DNA of 64,000 bases from an uncultured Candidatus Saccharibacteria bacterium (GCA_964561085.1 CAZLNP010000001.1:75335-139334); one strand, 5' to 3'; positions 1 through 9,891 are shown, numbered from the stretch's first letter. The notes: a model not told the origin generated them from the letters alone. Program-made: numbers and translations.

Positions 1-561
1 CGCGTTGGCAGTGTCTATAACAATTTTAAAAGGTTTAATTTCAGGATTGCCAGCAAACTTTAAAAATTCTGGAATTGTAATTTTTTCTACTGACTCTTTT
101 ACTTCTAAAGTTCCTTGAGTTTCTGATAAAGGCGCAAGATCATTTTCTAAAATCATTCGGCGCATCTCGTAGATGCCACTCTCTCCCCCAACTGCAATAC
201 CACGCTCGCGCACCATCTTAAAACCATTATACTCTGCTGGGTTATGAGAAGCAGAGACCTGTACACCACCATCTAGCTTGAAAAAACCGACTGCAAAATA
301 ATATGTCGGTGTAGAAATTAAGCCAACATCAACAACATTAACGCCAGAATCACGTAAACCCTTTATAACCTGTTCTTTTAGAGATGGAGTTGAAAGGCGC
401 ATATCGCCGCCGACAGCAATGTTCAAAGTGCGGTCTGGAATTTCTCTAGTCATTAGTGTGGCGAAAGCACGCCCAATAGCGTAAGCCCCTTCTTCATCTA
501 CTTGAGATGGATAGATAGCGCGAATGTCATAAGCTTTAAATATAGATGGTTCAAGATTCAT
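1..561 (-). CDS. Phosphomannomutase/phosphoglucomutase (alpha-D-phosphohexomutase), N-terminal part; gene continues beyond window start
   Basis: Reverse-strand translation from ATG at 561: MNLEPSIFKAYDIRAIYPSQVDEEGAYAIGRAF...GVQVSASHNPAEYNGFKMV; contains the phosphoserine active-site loop SASHNP typical of the family. Confidence 0.8.
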   Translation of the reverse strand, partial: MNLEPSIFKAYDIRAIYPSQVDEEGAYAIGRAFATLMTREIPDRTLNIAVGGDMRLSTPSLKEQVIKGLRDSGVNVVDVGLISTPTYYFAVGFFKLDGGVQVSASHNPAEYNGFKMVRERGIAVGGESGIYEMRRMILENDLAPLSETQGTLEVKESVEKITIPEFLKFAGNPEIKPFKIVIDTANA

Positions 562-680
562 AGAATTATAGTTAAATTTGGCGAGAGCAGCTTGCACTGC
601 TCTGCATTATTATAGCAAAAATAAAAGCCGCTTGCGTTGTAAGCGCATGCGGCTGGGTAAAACATTTTTTGTTGGCAATA

Positions 681-1004
681 CTAGCTGCTCGAAGGAATGG
701 CGAAACCAACGTCGCCTTGAGCAACTATACCACCTGTTCCTTTTAGGCCGACCCTAAAAGTGCCGAACTCGCCTGGCACAGCCGAGACATCTTTGAACAA
801 CCCAGACGATTTGAGCGCCGTCTTTACCTGCCTGAAGAAAGTCCGATTTTTGAGATCTTTGGGATCTGTTATTCCAGACTCCAACAATGAAGTGCTTAGC
901 CTTTCCCTTTGGTCAGGCGAAAGCGACGAGTGAATAGACGGAAGTTCTTCCTTCTTTCTGCCGAATGAAGAACCAATTATGATTGAACCAGTTTGCTTTG
1001 CCAC
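681..1004 (-). CDS. hypothetical protein (107 aa)
   Basis: ORF from track; no motif I can assign. Confidence 0.35.
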   Translation of the reverse strand: MAKQTGSIIIGSSFGRKKEELPSIHSSLSPDQRERLSTSLLESGITDPKDLKNRTFFRQVKTALKSSGLFKDVSAVPGEFGTFRVGLKGTGGIVAQGDVGFAIPSSS

Positions 1005-1423
1005 TAAAAAATTCCTCCTAGAACATAGTGTTAGTCAAAACTGCTGACTACAAAATTGATTTTACTTAATTAGTATATTTTTGTCAAAACAAAAAGCGAC
1101 CCGAAACTGCTGGGGCGCTTCTTTGCATCACTACCTTTTAGGTGTTTTACTTTTTCGATTTTCGATGTCTGTGTCTATCTATGAAACCTTGTGCGGAAAC
1201 ATGAATCTGATACCGGGAGTTAGAGACAATAATGCTGTCTTTCTTTTTTTGTTGACGCGAAATTTCAAGACCGAAAAATTTTAACACCTTTGGGATAAAA
1301 CCCAAAAGACTCATACACGATACCTCCGTTGAAAATAAACTGTCCGAGATGAAAATATAACAGATTTTATTCATCTAGTCCATAACCTTGTTCACACCAC
1401 CAAATTCGGCTACAATATAGGCT

Positions 1424-2542
1424 ATGTCATTTCAAATCGGAATCGTGGGTTTGCCCAACGTTGGTAAGTCCACACTATTTAACGCAATAACAAAGTCCTC
1501 TGTTGAGGCTGCTAATTACCCATTCGCGACTATCGATCCGAACGTGGGTGTTGTTCCTGTGCCCGATGAACGCTTAGCAAAGCTGGCTGTTCAGGAAAAG
1601 TCTAGCAAGATTGTTCCGACTACTATTGAGTTCGTGGACATCGCTGGCCTTGTGAGTGGCGCGCACAAAGGTGAAGGCCTTGGAAATCAGTTCCTGAGCC
1701 ACATTCGCGAAGTTGATGCGATTCTAGAAGTCGCTCGCCTCTTCACTGATGACGACATCATTCATGTTAATGGCTCAGTAGATGCAAAACGTGATATTGA
1801 GACAATCGGAATTGAACTTCAGCTTGCAGACTTGCAAAACGTCGAGAAGCGTTTAGAAAGCAATGGTAAGGCTGTGAAGTCTGGCGACCGTGATGCAAAG
1901 GTGCGTCAAGTAGTTTTGGAAAAATACAAAGTCGCTTTGGAAGCTGGCAAGATGGCGAACACAGTTGAGCTAACAGATGAAGAACGCGCAGCTTCTAAAG
2001 ATGTGCAACTGCTTACAACCAAGCCTTTCTTGCTTGCAGCAAATGCGACATACAACATGTCTAGCAAAAAATACGAAAGCGAAGATGGTAAGCAGATAGA
2101 CACTAGCGTTTTAAACGACAACGCATCTGGCGGCAAGTTCGGCGACACTATTATAGTAGACGCGAAATTAGAAACTGAACTCGCACAACTAGACGACGCA
2201 GACCGTGATGAATATTTAAAGGATTTAGGTTTAACAGAAAGTGGTTTAGACCGCATCATTACTGCTGCATATAAAACTTTAGGTCTAGTAACATTCATTA
2301 CTGCCGGTGAAATGGAAAGTAAAGCATGGACTTGCCCAGCAGGAACGAAAGCTCCACAAGCCGCAGGCGTAATTCACACAGACTTTGAAGCTGGGTTTAT
2401 TCGCGCGGAAGTTATCCAATGGGACAAACTTCTAGAAGCTGGCGGATACGTTGGTGCCAAAGAAAAAGGTTGGCTACGAATGGAAGGCAAAGAATATGTC
2501 ATCCAAGATGGCGACGTAGTTCACTTCCACTTTAATAGATAA
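1424..2542 (+). CDS. ychF: Ribosome-binding ATPase YchF (Obg-family GTPase/ATPase)
   Basis: N-terminus MSFQIGIVGLPNVGKSTLFNA (P-loop), C-terminal TGS-like domain; 372 aa typical length. Confidence 0.95.
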   Translation: MSFQIGIVGLPNVGKSTLFNAITKSSVEAANYPFATIDPNVGVVPVPDERLAKLAVQEKSSKIVPTTIEFVDIAGLVSGAHKGEGLGNQFLSHIREVDAILEVARLFTDDDIIHVNGSVDAKRDIETIGIELQLADLQNVEKRLESNGKAVKSGDRDAKVRQVVLEKYKVALEAGKMANTVELTDEERAASKDVQLLTTKPFLLAANATYNMSSKKYESEDGKQIDTSVLNDNASGGKFGDTIIVDAKLETELAQLDDADRDEYLKDLGLTESGLDRIITAAYKTLGLVTFITAGEMESKAWTCPAGTKAPQAAGVIHTDFEAGFIRAEVIQWDKLLEAGGYVGAKEKGWLRMEGKEYVIQDGDVVHFHFNR

Positions 2543-2544
2543 AA

Positions 2545-2590
2545 AGAAAAAGCGTTTCGACTGGGAGAGTCGAAACGCTTTTATATTTTG
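2545..2590. terminator. bidirectional intrinsic terminator between ychF and convergent small ORF
   Basis: 13-bp perfect stem AAGCGTTTCGACT/AGTCGAAACGCTT with GGGAG loop, A-run upstream and T-run downstream. Confidence 0.6.
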
Positions 2591-2610
2591 ATCAGTTGTT
2601 GCGTTGCCGC

Positions 2611-2883
2611 CTAACGATAAAAAGATTCGAAAGTGTGAATGGTCTTGGAATATTCGTTAACGTGATCTTGCATATGGCGCGCAGCAGCTGAATAAATGCC
2701 ACGAGCCAAGCTTTTACGAATATGAGCTTTCTGTCTTTTTGTAAACTTTATCCTCTTTTGGAAAAGATTGTAAAATTCATTGCCAATCGATGAGGATGTA
2801 GACGTATACTCATCAAGGACGTTAATAACGTCAACTGGCTGAGGTGAGTCCATGCGCAAAAGATCTGCTACACTAAGGTTCAT
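2611..2883 (-). CDS. hypothetical protein (90 aa)
   Basis: ORF from track, convergent with ychF; no recognisable motif. Confidence 0.3.
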   Translation of the reverse strand: MNLSVADLLRMDSPQPVDVINVLDEYTSTSSSIGNEFYNLFQKRIKFTKRQKAHIRKSLARGIYSAAARHMQDHVNEYSKTIHTFESFYR

Positions 2884-3196
2884 TTCATTTCTCCTTCAAT
2901 TTCAAATTGATACCAAAATCAGCATTATTCTACAACATTATACCAAAATTGTCAATACAAGCACCTACAAAATCACCTCTGGACAAAAGACACAGAATAC
3001 AGTAGAATTAAGGAAATTTGAAGAAAATTTTAAGTTTTCTTGAGGTAACATCAGGCACAATCAGGTTAAGAATATTAACCAAAAAGCCTATGGACCACCG
3101 CTTGGACTAGCTTAGAAGCTAGGCCAAATATAGAGAACGACACAATTATTAATATTCTCTGCACCAATTGGGGTGTAGAGATAAGGAAAACTCCTT

Positions 3197-3724
3197 ATGC
3201 CGAGATATGAATTGATGTACATTCTCGCATCTAGTGTATCTGATGATCAGGTACCTACAACCGCTCAAACTATTGAGCAGTACGTCACCGACAACGGTGG
3301 CACAGAAATTACCCACGAACAATTGGGTAAAAAGAAATTAGCTTATCCGATTAAGAAGACCCGCAACGGTCATTACGGAACTATTGTTTTCACTGCTGAA
3401 GGCAAAGGCGTAAATTCTTTGGACGCGAAAATTCGCACACAAAAAGCGACTATCATCCGTCACATCATTGTGAACATTGATGAGCACTTAGAACGTCTTG
3501 AAAAAGATAAAGAAGCTCAAGCAAAGATGAACCGCAATCGCCCACCGGAAGCTATCGCAGCTGACAACAGCGAACAAGTTGTTCCTGAAGCAAAGCCTGC
3601 TGCTAAACCAGTGCGCGAAGCTGCTGTAAAAGCTCCGAAAGCTGAAACACCAAAAGCTGTAGTGACTGAAGAAGTTCTTGACGAAGAAATCGAAAAAGCA
3701 CTTTCTGAAGATATTACTAAATAA
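3197..3724 (+). CDS. rpsF: 30S ribosomal protein S6 with Ala/Lys/Glu-rich C-terminal extension
   Basis: MPRYELMYIL...KKLAYPIKK pattern of bS6; first gene of conserved rpsF-ssb-rpsR cluster. Confidence 0.85.
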   Translation: MPRYELMYILASSVSDDQVPTTAQTIEQYVTDNGGTEITHEQLGKKKLAYPIKKTRNGHYGTIVFTAEGKGVNSLDAKIRTQKATIIRHIIVNIDEHLERLEKDKEAQAKMNRNRPPEAIAADNSEQVVPEAKPAAKPVREAAVKAPKAETPKAVVTEEVLDEEIEKALSEDITK

Positions 3725-3735
3725 AATTTACAACT

Positions 3736-4233
3736 ATGGACTTAAACAAAGTTATGATTATCGGTCGCTTAACTCGCGAACCGGAACTACGCAACACTCC
3801 TAACGGTGCTGCGGTCTGCCAAGTAGGATTGGCAACCAACTACGTTTACACTAACCAACAATCCGGCCAAAAAGTTGAGCAAGTCGAATACCACAATGTG
3901 GTGATGTGGCGCAAACTGGCTGAGATCGCTAACCAGTACTTAAAAAAAGGTCAGCGCGTTTACATCGAAGGTCGTCTAGTAACCCGTTCATGGGATGCAC
4001 AAGATGGCACAAAGCGCAGCAAGACTGAAATCGTTGCCGACAACATGATCATGTTAGACGGTGGCAAAGGTGCTGACGGTGGCATGGGAAGTGGAAACAA
4101 TAACTTCGGCGGCAACAACGCTTCCAATAACGGTCCAGACAATTCTAATCAATCTTTCCCTGATGAAGAACTTCCAACCATTCAAGCTAATGGTGGTGGC
4201 GAAGACATCAGCGTAGAAGATATCCCATTTTAA
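3736..4233 (+). CDS. ssb: Single-stranded DNA-binding protein
   Basis: OB-fold N-terminus MDLNKVMIIGRLTREPELR, Gly/Asn-rich linker, acidic C-terminal tip EDIPF. Confidence 0.9.
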   Translation: MDLNKVMIIGRLTREPELRNTPNGAAVCQVGLATNYVYTNQQSGQKVEQVEYHNVVMWRKLAEIANQYLKKGQRVYIEGRLVTRSWDAQDGTKRSKTEIVADNMIMLDGGKGADGGMGSGNNNFGGNNASNNGPDNSNQSFPDEELPTIQANGGGEDISVEDIPF

Positions 4234-4262
4234 ACTCTAATCAGTCCCCTTAATAATTACTC

Positions 4263-4508
4263 ATGGCATACAATAACAACAAGAATAATAACAATGCTCC
4301 AGTAGTAAAAAAGATTTGCTACTTCTGCTCTAACAAGATCAGCACTGTTGATTACAAAGATGGCCAAACAATGCGCCGCTTTATGTCTCCTCATGCTAAG
4401 ATCTTAGCGCATGGTCGTACAGGCACTTGCCCTAAGCACCAACGCATGGTGACAATCGCTTTAAAGCGTGCTCGTCACATGGCTTTGCTACCTTTTGTAG
4501 CTCCTTAA
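4263..4508 (+). CDS. rpsR: 30S ribosomal protein S18
   Basis: CYFCSNKISTVDYKD...RTGTCPKHQR bS18 signature; follows ssb. Confidence 0.9.
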   Translation: MAYNNNKNNNNAPVVKKICYFCSNKISTVDYKDGQTMRRFMSPHAKILAHGRTGTCPKHQRMVTIALKRARHMALLPFVAP

Positions 4509-4519
4509 GTCACTCAATC

Positions 4520-4590
4520 AACAAATACCTTTGGTACGAAAACACGTCGTTTTCTTAACCAAAGGTATTTGTTTATCACAACGTAAATAG
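4520..4590 (+). terminator. intrinsic terminator after rpsR (nested hairpins)
   Basis: 12-bp inverted repeat AAATACCTTTGG...CCAAAGGTATTT enclosing GAAAAC/GTTTTC, followed by TTGTTTAT. Confidence 0.5.
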
Positions 4591-4603
4591 TAACAAAAAT
4601 AGT

Positions 4604-5164
4604 ATGGATTTAAACGATGTAAAATTAGGCGCAATTGTGCTAATGAATGGTGAACCAATGCAAGTGATTTGGTCTAATCGTATGCGAACTGCACAACGCA
4701 AACCAGTAATGCAAGCTAAGCTTCGCAACGTTATCACCGGTAAAGTTTTAGAATACAGTTTCAAGTTTGGTGAAAAGGTTATTGAAGCAGACGTCACTCG
4801 CGAAAATGCTAATTTCCTGTATGCAGACGATGACGGCACTCACTTCATGAATAACGAAACGTTCGAAACAGTCGACTTCGACAAAGAAGCTACAAAAGAA
4901 CAAGAACTGTTCTTGAAAGAAGGCACTAAAGTGATGGTACTTCGTTTCAACGGCAAACCGGTATCAATTGAATTACCTGTAAAAGTTGAATTAGAAGTCA
5001 TCGAATCCCCTCCTAGCGTAACCGGTAACTCTGGAGGCAGTATTACTAAACCAGTGAAAGTTGAGACTGGCTTAATGGTTAACGCTCCGATGTTCATCAA
5101 AGAAGGTGAAATCATTCGTATCGATACTCGCACTGGCGAATATGTAGAACGAGTGAATAGTTAA
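4604..5164 (+). CDS. efp: Elongation factor P
   Basis: 186 aa; KPGKG-equivalent loop region and three OB/KOW-like segments; strong family resemblance. Confidence 0.93.
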   Translation: MDLNDVKLGAIVLMNGEPMQVIWSNRMRTAQRKPVMQAKLRNVITGKVLEYSFKFGEKVIEADVTRENANFLYADDDGTHFMNNETFETVDFDKEATKEQELFLKEGTKVMVLRFNGKPVSIELPVKVELEVIESPPSVTGNSGGSITKPVKVETGLMVNAPMFIKEGEIIRIDTRTGEYVERVNS

Positions 5165-5188
5165 GAAGAAACAATACAAATTTAAAAA

Positions 5189-5227
5189 GACCCTTTACCC
5201 TCTTTAGGGGGCCACGGGTCTTTTTTT
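5189..5227. terminator. bidirectional intrinsic terminator (efp / convergent redox operon)
   Basis: AGACCC...GGGTCT hairpin with inner AGGG/CCCT, followed by TTTTTTT. Confidence 0.6.
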
Positions 5228-5236
5228 GAAATTTAT

Positions 5237-5860
5237 TTATACAATGATTTTTCCCATATCTTTTGCAGCATCCCAAAGTGCTGCTTTCATCTTATTCTTT
5301 ATTATTGCCATCACTTGTTTTGGGCTAGTGTTGTCCATAATCATGGAAGTTGTTGCTCTAACAATATATTCTGATTCACTTTCTCCATGCACCGGTGAGG
5401 AGTAATTTATATCTTTAGCCAAATGGCTGTCTTCCAATAGCCACTCGCCCGGATAAGTTTCTCCCAATTTTGAAACTGTAGAGATGGTCCCACTCTCAGC
5501 ACCTAAGAATTTTTTAAGCTCTGCTACGAATTGAACTAATTCTTCGCTACGTCCACTTATAGACCAATCATTTTCTTGCATAGTATTTACGGCTTTTTTG
5601 AAATCATTGTCCAGGCTCGCAGCCATCGATTCCAACTTTTCTATCTCCTTTATGAGTTCTGGGTTGCGAAGCGCCTCATAAACATTTTCAGATCTTTCGA
5701 ATTCTCTATGAATCTGTTCCTTCTGAGCAACATCTGGCACTACCTTGATAGAACCGTCATGAGAAATATCTACCTCAGCTCCCTCGTCAACTAACTTTCG
5801 ATCAGAATTAAAGCGCTCAGCATTCATCATTTTAGCTTCCTGATCACTTAAATTTTCCAT
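5237..5860 (-). CDS. hypothetical protein (207 aa), last gene of csoR-trxB-gdhA-trxB operon
   Basis: ORF from track; 37-nt gap to upstream gene, same strand. Confidence 0.5.
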   Translation of the reverse strand: MENLSDQEAKMMNAERFNSDRKLVDEGAEVDISHDGSIKVVPDVAQKEQIHREFERSENVYEALRNPELIKEIEKLESMAASLDNDFKKAVNTMQENDWSISGRSEELVQFVAELKKFLGAESGTISTVSKLGETYPGEWLLEDSHLAKDINYSSPVHGESESEYIVRATTSMIMDNTSPKQVMAIIKNKMKAALWDAAKDMGKIIV

Positions 5861-5897
5861 ATGTTTTGATTAATTTATCTAATACGATTATAGCAAA

Positions 5898-6392
5898 CTA
5901 CGCGGCCTTGCGGAATTCTGTTTCTTCTTCTGAATCGTCTGGCTTTGGTTTTTCAGGTCCTGGCCAAACACTTTCTGGAACTTTTATTACGTTGTCATTT
6001 CCTGTTTGATGCGTATACCCATCTTTCTCCATAGACTCTCGGCGAGATGTGATATTGGCAATCCGCACAATACGAGCTAGCTTATGGATTTTATCTTCCA
6101 AATCAGTAATCTTTTTTACTTCCTGCCCCTGATTCGATATCCTGTCTTTGATTTTTGCCCAAAAGGACATAAAAGCCTGCTGTTCTTCTTCCTTTAATGC
6201 ATTAAGCTCCTCTACTGCTTGATCCAACGAGTCGTAGCCTGCGTCCTTTAGAATTTCTAAAGATTTTTGATGTGGACTTAGTTTATCAAAAATATGTTTA
6301 ATAACTTTCTCCGCTGGTTGATCGTGGCTTTCAAACTCCACTACGTTATCTTTTACCTCGCCTGGACTAAACTCTGATCTTTCACCATGCAT
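5898..6392 (-). CDS. hypothetical acidic protein (164 aa), coiled-coil-like
   Basis: ORF from track; 15-nt gap from the trxB-like gene, same strand. Confidence 0.5.
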   Translation of the reverse strand: MHGERSEFSPGEVKDNVVEFESHDQPAEKVIKHIFDKLSPHQKSLEILKDAGYDSLDQAVEELNALKEEEQQAFMSFWAKIKDRISNQGQEVKKITDLEDKIHKLARIVRIANITSRRESMEKDGYTHQTGNDNVIKVPESVWPGPEKPKPDDSEEETEFRKAA

Positions 6393-6407
6393 ATTTTTAA
6401 AATTTAA

Positions 6408-7322
6408 TTATTTTAAATTAGTAAAATAGTTGCTGACAGCCATGGCGGCCTTAGCACCTTCACCAGCTGCGATAATAATCTGTTCACCCCAGGCATCATT
6501 AATGTCTCCAGCTGCAAATATTCCCGGTACGCTGGTTTGCAAATCTTTATCTACCTTAATTTCATTCTTCTCGTTCTTCTCAAGAATATCCGCAAAAGAA
6601 ATACTTGGCTCGTAACCAATCTCTATAAAGACTCCACTGACGGGCAGCTCTTGGTCTGGCTTACCTATTTGCTGAACAGTCATCGCTTCGACATGAGTAG
6701 TGCCAGAAATTTTAGTTATTTGTGCTTGATGATACGCTTTGACATTAGGCAAGCTCATGATTTTATCTCTTACAATACCTTCACCAGTATAATCGTCAGT
6801 CATGTTAATTACATATACTTGACGAGCCACCCTTGATAGTGCGCAAATCGCATCCATTGCAGAGTTACCACCGCCTACCACAGCTACATCTTTACCTTTA
6901 TACAAAGGTCCATCGCAAGTAGCACAAATTGCTACACCTTTTCCATAAAACTCCTCTTCACCAGGAACACCTAAATGACGAGGGTTCTTTCCAGAAGCAA
7001 CTATTACAGATTTAGCATAGTAAACATTCCCTTGTTTATCTTCCAAAACAAAGCTGGTGATATTTTTGTCTAGTTTTACTATCTCTACATCAAGCTTTAC
7101 TTCAAGATCTTCTTTTAAGGCAGCCATGTGTTCCTGGAAACGCAAAGTTAAATCTGCGCCAGAGATCATGCTGAAACCGGTGTAGTTTTCTACATCGGCT
7201 GACCATATCATTTGCCCACCAACAGCCTTAGCAAGCACTAATGTTTTTAGTTTACGGCGAGCTGTATAGATCGCAGCAGTCATTCCTGCTGGTCCTGCGC
7301 CGATTATGATGCAGTCGTACAT
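6408..7322 (-). CDS. Thioredoxin-reductase-like flavoprotein (CATC redox-active disulfide) lacking the canonical NADPH HRRD motif
   Basis: GAGPAG FAD motif, CATCDG active site, GGGNSAMDA second dinucleotide motif; where TrxR has HRRDxxR this protein reads VINMTDDYTGE. Confidence 0.8.
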   Translation of the reverse strand: MYDCIIIGAGPAGMTAAIYTARRKLKTLVLAKAVGGQMIWSADVENYTGFSMISGADLTLRFQEHMAALKEDLEVKLDVEIVKLDKNITSFVLEDKQGNVYYAKSVIVASGKNPRHLGVPGEEEFYGKGVAICATCDGPLYKGKDVAVVGGGNSAMDAICALSRVARQVYVINMTDDYTGEGIVRDKIMSLPNVKAYHQAQITKISGTTHVEAMTVQQIGKPDQELPVSGVFIEIGYEPSISFADILEKNEKNEIKVDKDLQTSVPGIFAAGDINDAWGEQIIIAAGEGAKAAMAVSNYFTNLK

Positions 7323-7331
7323 ATGACTGTA

Positions 7332-8573
7332 TTATACCATCTTCTCTGCGATGCGCTCTAACGCCACAATGTATGCTGCTGTTCTCATTGTAGTATTATG
7401 CTTTTCTTGAGCAGCGCGGACTGCGGCAAAGGCTGCGACCATGTGTTCATCAAGTTTCTTGAGAACATCTTCCTTAGTCCATGTTTCGTTATTCTGGTTC
7501 TGATACCACTCGAAGTAACTTACACATACTCCTCCGCTGTTTGCGAGGATATCTGGCACTACAGTCACACCGTTTTGCGCAAAGATGGCATCTGCTTCTG
7601 GAGTAGTTGGACCATTAGCCATTTCTAGAATAAATTTTGCTTTGACTTTTGCAGCGTTGTCGCCAGTTAAAACGTTTTCAAGTGCTGCTGGCACTAGAAC
7701 ATCGACATCAAGTTCAAGCAATTCTTCATTAGTAATTTCAATGGTACCCTCTAGCCCGCGCAAAGCCTTATTCGCCGCTTTATGCGCTTCTGCCGCAGCT
7801 AAATCTATTCCTTCAGCGTTAAAAATCCCGCCCTTGCTGTCTGACAAAGCAACCACTTTAAAACCATGCTCTTTTACGTACTCTGCTAAGTAAGTCGCTA
7901 CGTTACCGAAACCTTGAATTGCAATAGTCTTTCGGCCTTCTGTTGCAGAAGCGTCTGGCACAAGTCCAGCTGCCAAAGCTTCGCGAAGTACATAGCCACC
8001 ACCAAAACCAGTTGCTTCGGTGCGACCCTGGCTGCCACCATTCTCTACTGACTTACCAGTAATTACACCAGGAGCTTGCGTGCCGGTTTGTTTTTCAAAT
8101 TCATCACGCATCCACGCCATGATCTGTCCGTTAGTATTTACATCAGGCGCAGGCACATCTACTAAGGGTCCAAAGTTGCGGAACATTTGCTTCATGTAAC
8201 CGCGAGATAAACGCTCAAGTTCCCCTTCGCTCAACTCTTTCGGATTCACAATTATTCCACCCTTACCTCCCCCAAAAGGAACGTTAACTACGGCGTTTTT
8301 GAAAGTCATCCAAAAACTTAACGCGCGAACTTCATCTAAGTTTACATCTTGATGATATCTAATTCCGCCTTTGTATGGACCGCGTGCGTTGTTGTGCTGT
8401 GATCGAAACCCAGAAAAAATCTTTTGAGTTCCGTCGTCCATTTGTACTGGAATTGAAACTTCGATGTAACGATCTGGATTCTTTAATTGGTCTACGATTT
8501 TGGCGTCTGCGTTGCTAACTTGTGCCGCAGCATCTAGTTGGGCTTTTGCTGATTCGAAAGGATTGTTTGTCAT
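7332..8573 (-). CDS. gdhA: Glutamate dehydrogenase (NAD(P)+)
   Basis: KGGIRYH...VNVPFGGGKGG...GFGNVA motifs diagnostic for Glu/Leu/Phe/Val dehydrogenase family, 413 aa. Confidence 0.95.
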   Translation of the reverse strand: MTNNPFESAKAQLDAAAQVSNADAKIVDQLKNPDRYIEVSIPVQMDDGTQKIFSGFRSQHNNARGPYKGGIRYHQDVNLDEVRALSFWMTFKNAVVNVPFGGGKGGIIVNPKELSEGELERLSRGYMKQMFRNFGPLVDVPAPDVNTNGQIMAWMRDEFEKQTGTQAPGVITGKSVENGGSQGRTEATGFGGGYVLREALAAGLVPDASATEGRKTIAIQGFGNVATYLAEYVKEHGFKVVALSDSKGGIFNAEGIDLAAAEAHKAANKALRGLEGTIEITNEELLELDVDVLVPAALENVLTGDNAAKVKAKFILEMANGPTTPEADAIFAQNGVTVVPDILANSGGVCVSYFEWYQNQNNETWTKEDVLKKLDEHMVAAFAAVRAAQEKHNTTMRTAAYIVALERIAEKMV

Positions 8574-8602
8574 GGTTCTAAACTTAATTTTTATTCTTCT
8601 GT

Positions 8603-9544
8603 TTACTCTTCTAACGCTTCAAGGTATTTCTCTACGTCTAGTGCAGCTTTACAACCTTCACCGGCAGCAGTAATTGCTTGGCGATAGCGGTGGTCATGAA
8701 CGTCACCAGCAACAAACACACCCGGAATGTTTGTCATGGTAAATTCTTTTGGTTCAATGTAGCCTTTTTCGTTTGTATCGATGCCAGCTTCACGGAATAT
8801 CTTAGTAGCGGGGGTGTGTCCAATCGCTGCGAAGTATCCTTGTGCTTTAATTTCTCTCTCTTCGCCGGTTGCGTTATCTTTTACGCGAATGCCCTCTACG
8901 CTGTTTTCACCCAACACTTCTGTGACAGTAACGTTAGTGACAAACTCAATTTTCGGATTATCTTGCGCTCGCTTAAGCATGATGCGAGAAGCTTTAAATT
9001 CATCACGACGATGAACAACAGTCACGTGAGAAGCGAACTTGGTCAGGAAATTTGCTTCTTCCATGGCGCTATCTCCGCCGCCAATTACCACTACATCTTT
9101 TTCTTTAAAGAAAAAACCATCACAAGTAGCACAAGCACTTACACCTTTACCACGTAGCTTTTGCTCACTTTCTAGGTTAAGCCAATTTGCTTCTGCGCCA
9201 GTGGCGATAATAACAGCCTTCGCCTTATACTCAGTATTAGCTGTTTTAAGCACGAAGGGGTTAGATTTAAAGTCTACCGACAGTACGTCTTCGTAAATCA
9301 TTTTAGTGCCGAAACGTTCCACTTGCTTAGTCATATTAGCCATGAGTTCTGGCCCTTGAATACCTTCTGGAAAGCCTGGGAAATTTTCTACTTCTGTTGT
9401 TAACATGAGCTGACCTCCAGGAGCGATGCCTGCCATTACTGTTGGCTCTAGTTCTGCTCTAGCAGCATACAAAGCTGCAGTTAGTCCCGCAGGTCCCGCA
9501 CCGATGATTATTAGTTTGTGAGTTTCATTTGATGTTGTTTCCAT
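8603..9544 (-). CDS. trxB: Thioredoxin-disulfide reductase (canonical NADPH type)
   Basis: GAGPAG, CATCDG, GGGDSAMEEA and HRRDEFKASRIM (NADPH 2'-phosphate binding) motifs. Confidence 0.9.
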   Translation of the reverse strand: METTSNETHKLIIIGAGPAGLTAALYAARAELEPTVMAGIAPGGQLMLTTEVENFPGFPEGIQGPELMANMTKQVERFGTKMIYEDVLSVDFKSNPFVLKTANTEYKAKAVIIATGAEANWLNLESEQKLRGKGVSACATCDGFFFKEKDVVVIGGGDSAMEEANFLTKFASHVTVVHRRDEFKASRIMLKRAQDNPKIEFVTNVTVTEVLGENSVEGIRVKDNATGEEREIKAQGYFAAIGHTPATKIFREAGIDTNEKGYIEPKEFTMTNIPGVFVAGDVHDHRYRQAITAAGEGCKAALDVEKYLEALEE

Positions 9545-9565
9545 AACTGTCCTTTCTAGTTTGTA

Positions 9566-9856
9566 CTAATTCTTTTTAGAGTAAATTTTGATGAGTTCTT
9601 CGACCGCAGCTTTACGCTTAGCAGGGTTAGTGCTTTTTGCATCTATGACACATTCGCCTAGGTATCCTTCTAGGATCAAATTGTTCACCTTCTTCATGGC
9701 TTCAATTACGGCGTGGCTTTGATTGATGATATCCATGCAGTAGGCGTCGGTTTCTACCATTGTGGCAACTGCCCGAACATGACCTTCTATGTAACGGAGT
9801 CGTTTTACTAAGTCAGCCTGGTTAGCGGCCGCAACACTGTTAAGTTTTTTTGACAT
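9566..9856 (-). CDS. CsoR/RcnR/FrmR-family (DUF156) metal- or thiol-sensing transcriptional repressor; start re-set to MSKKL (track ORF extends further upstream across the operator)
   Basis: LVKRLRYIEGHVRAV...YCMD...LGEC matches the CsoR-family helix bundle; fingerprint positions appear to be Cys-Tyr-Cys. Confidence 0.75.
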   Translation of the reverse strand: MSKKLNSVAAANQADLVKRLRYIEGHVRAVATMVETDAYCMDIINQSHAVIEAMKKVNNLILEGYLGECVIDAKSTNPAKRKAAVEELIKIYSKKN

Positions 9857-9874
9857 AATTTCTATATTTACTAG

Positions 9875-9891
9875 ACCCCCCTGTGGGGGGT
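9875..9891 (-). promoter_or_regulatory. candidate CsoR-family operator: ACCCCCC-TGT-GGGGGGT inverted repeat overlapping its own promoter
   Basis: Perfect 7-bp GC arms with 3-bp spacer, 19-35 nt upstream of the MSKKL start codon. On the coding strand it sits just downstream of TTGACT-17nt-TATACT (approx 9900-9928). Resembles known CsoR operators, which are G/C-tract palindromes. Confidence 0.5.

Noticed and set aside
1081-1374. Overlapping small ORFs 1081..1284 (+) and 1147..1374 (-) in the spacer upstream of ychF
   Set aside because: Mutually overlapping, low-complexity, in an AT-rich promoter region; no support for either.
2852-3043. ORF 2852..3043 (+) and antisense ORFs inside gdhA/trxB (7398..7628, 7585..7893, 8678..9157, 8781..9014, 9039..9296)
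   Set aside because: Antisense or overlapping clearly conserved genes; no motifs.
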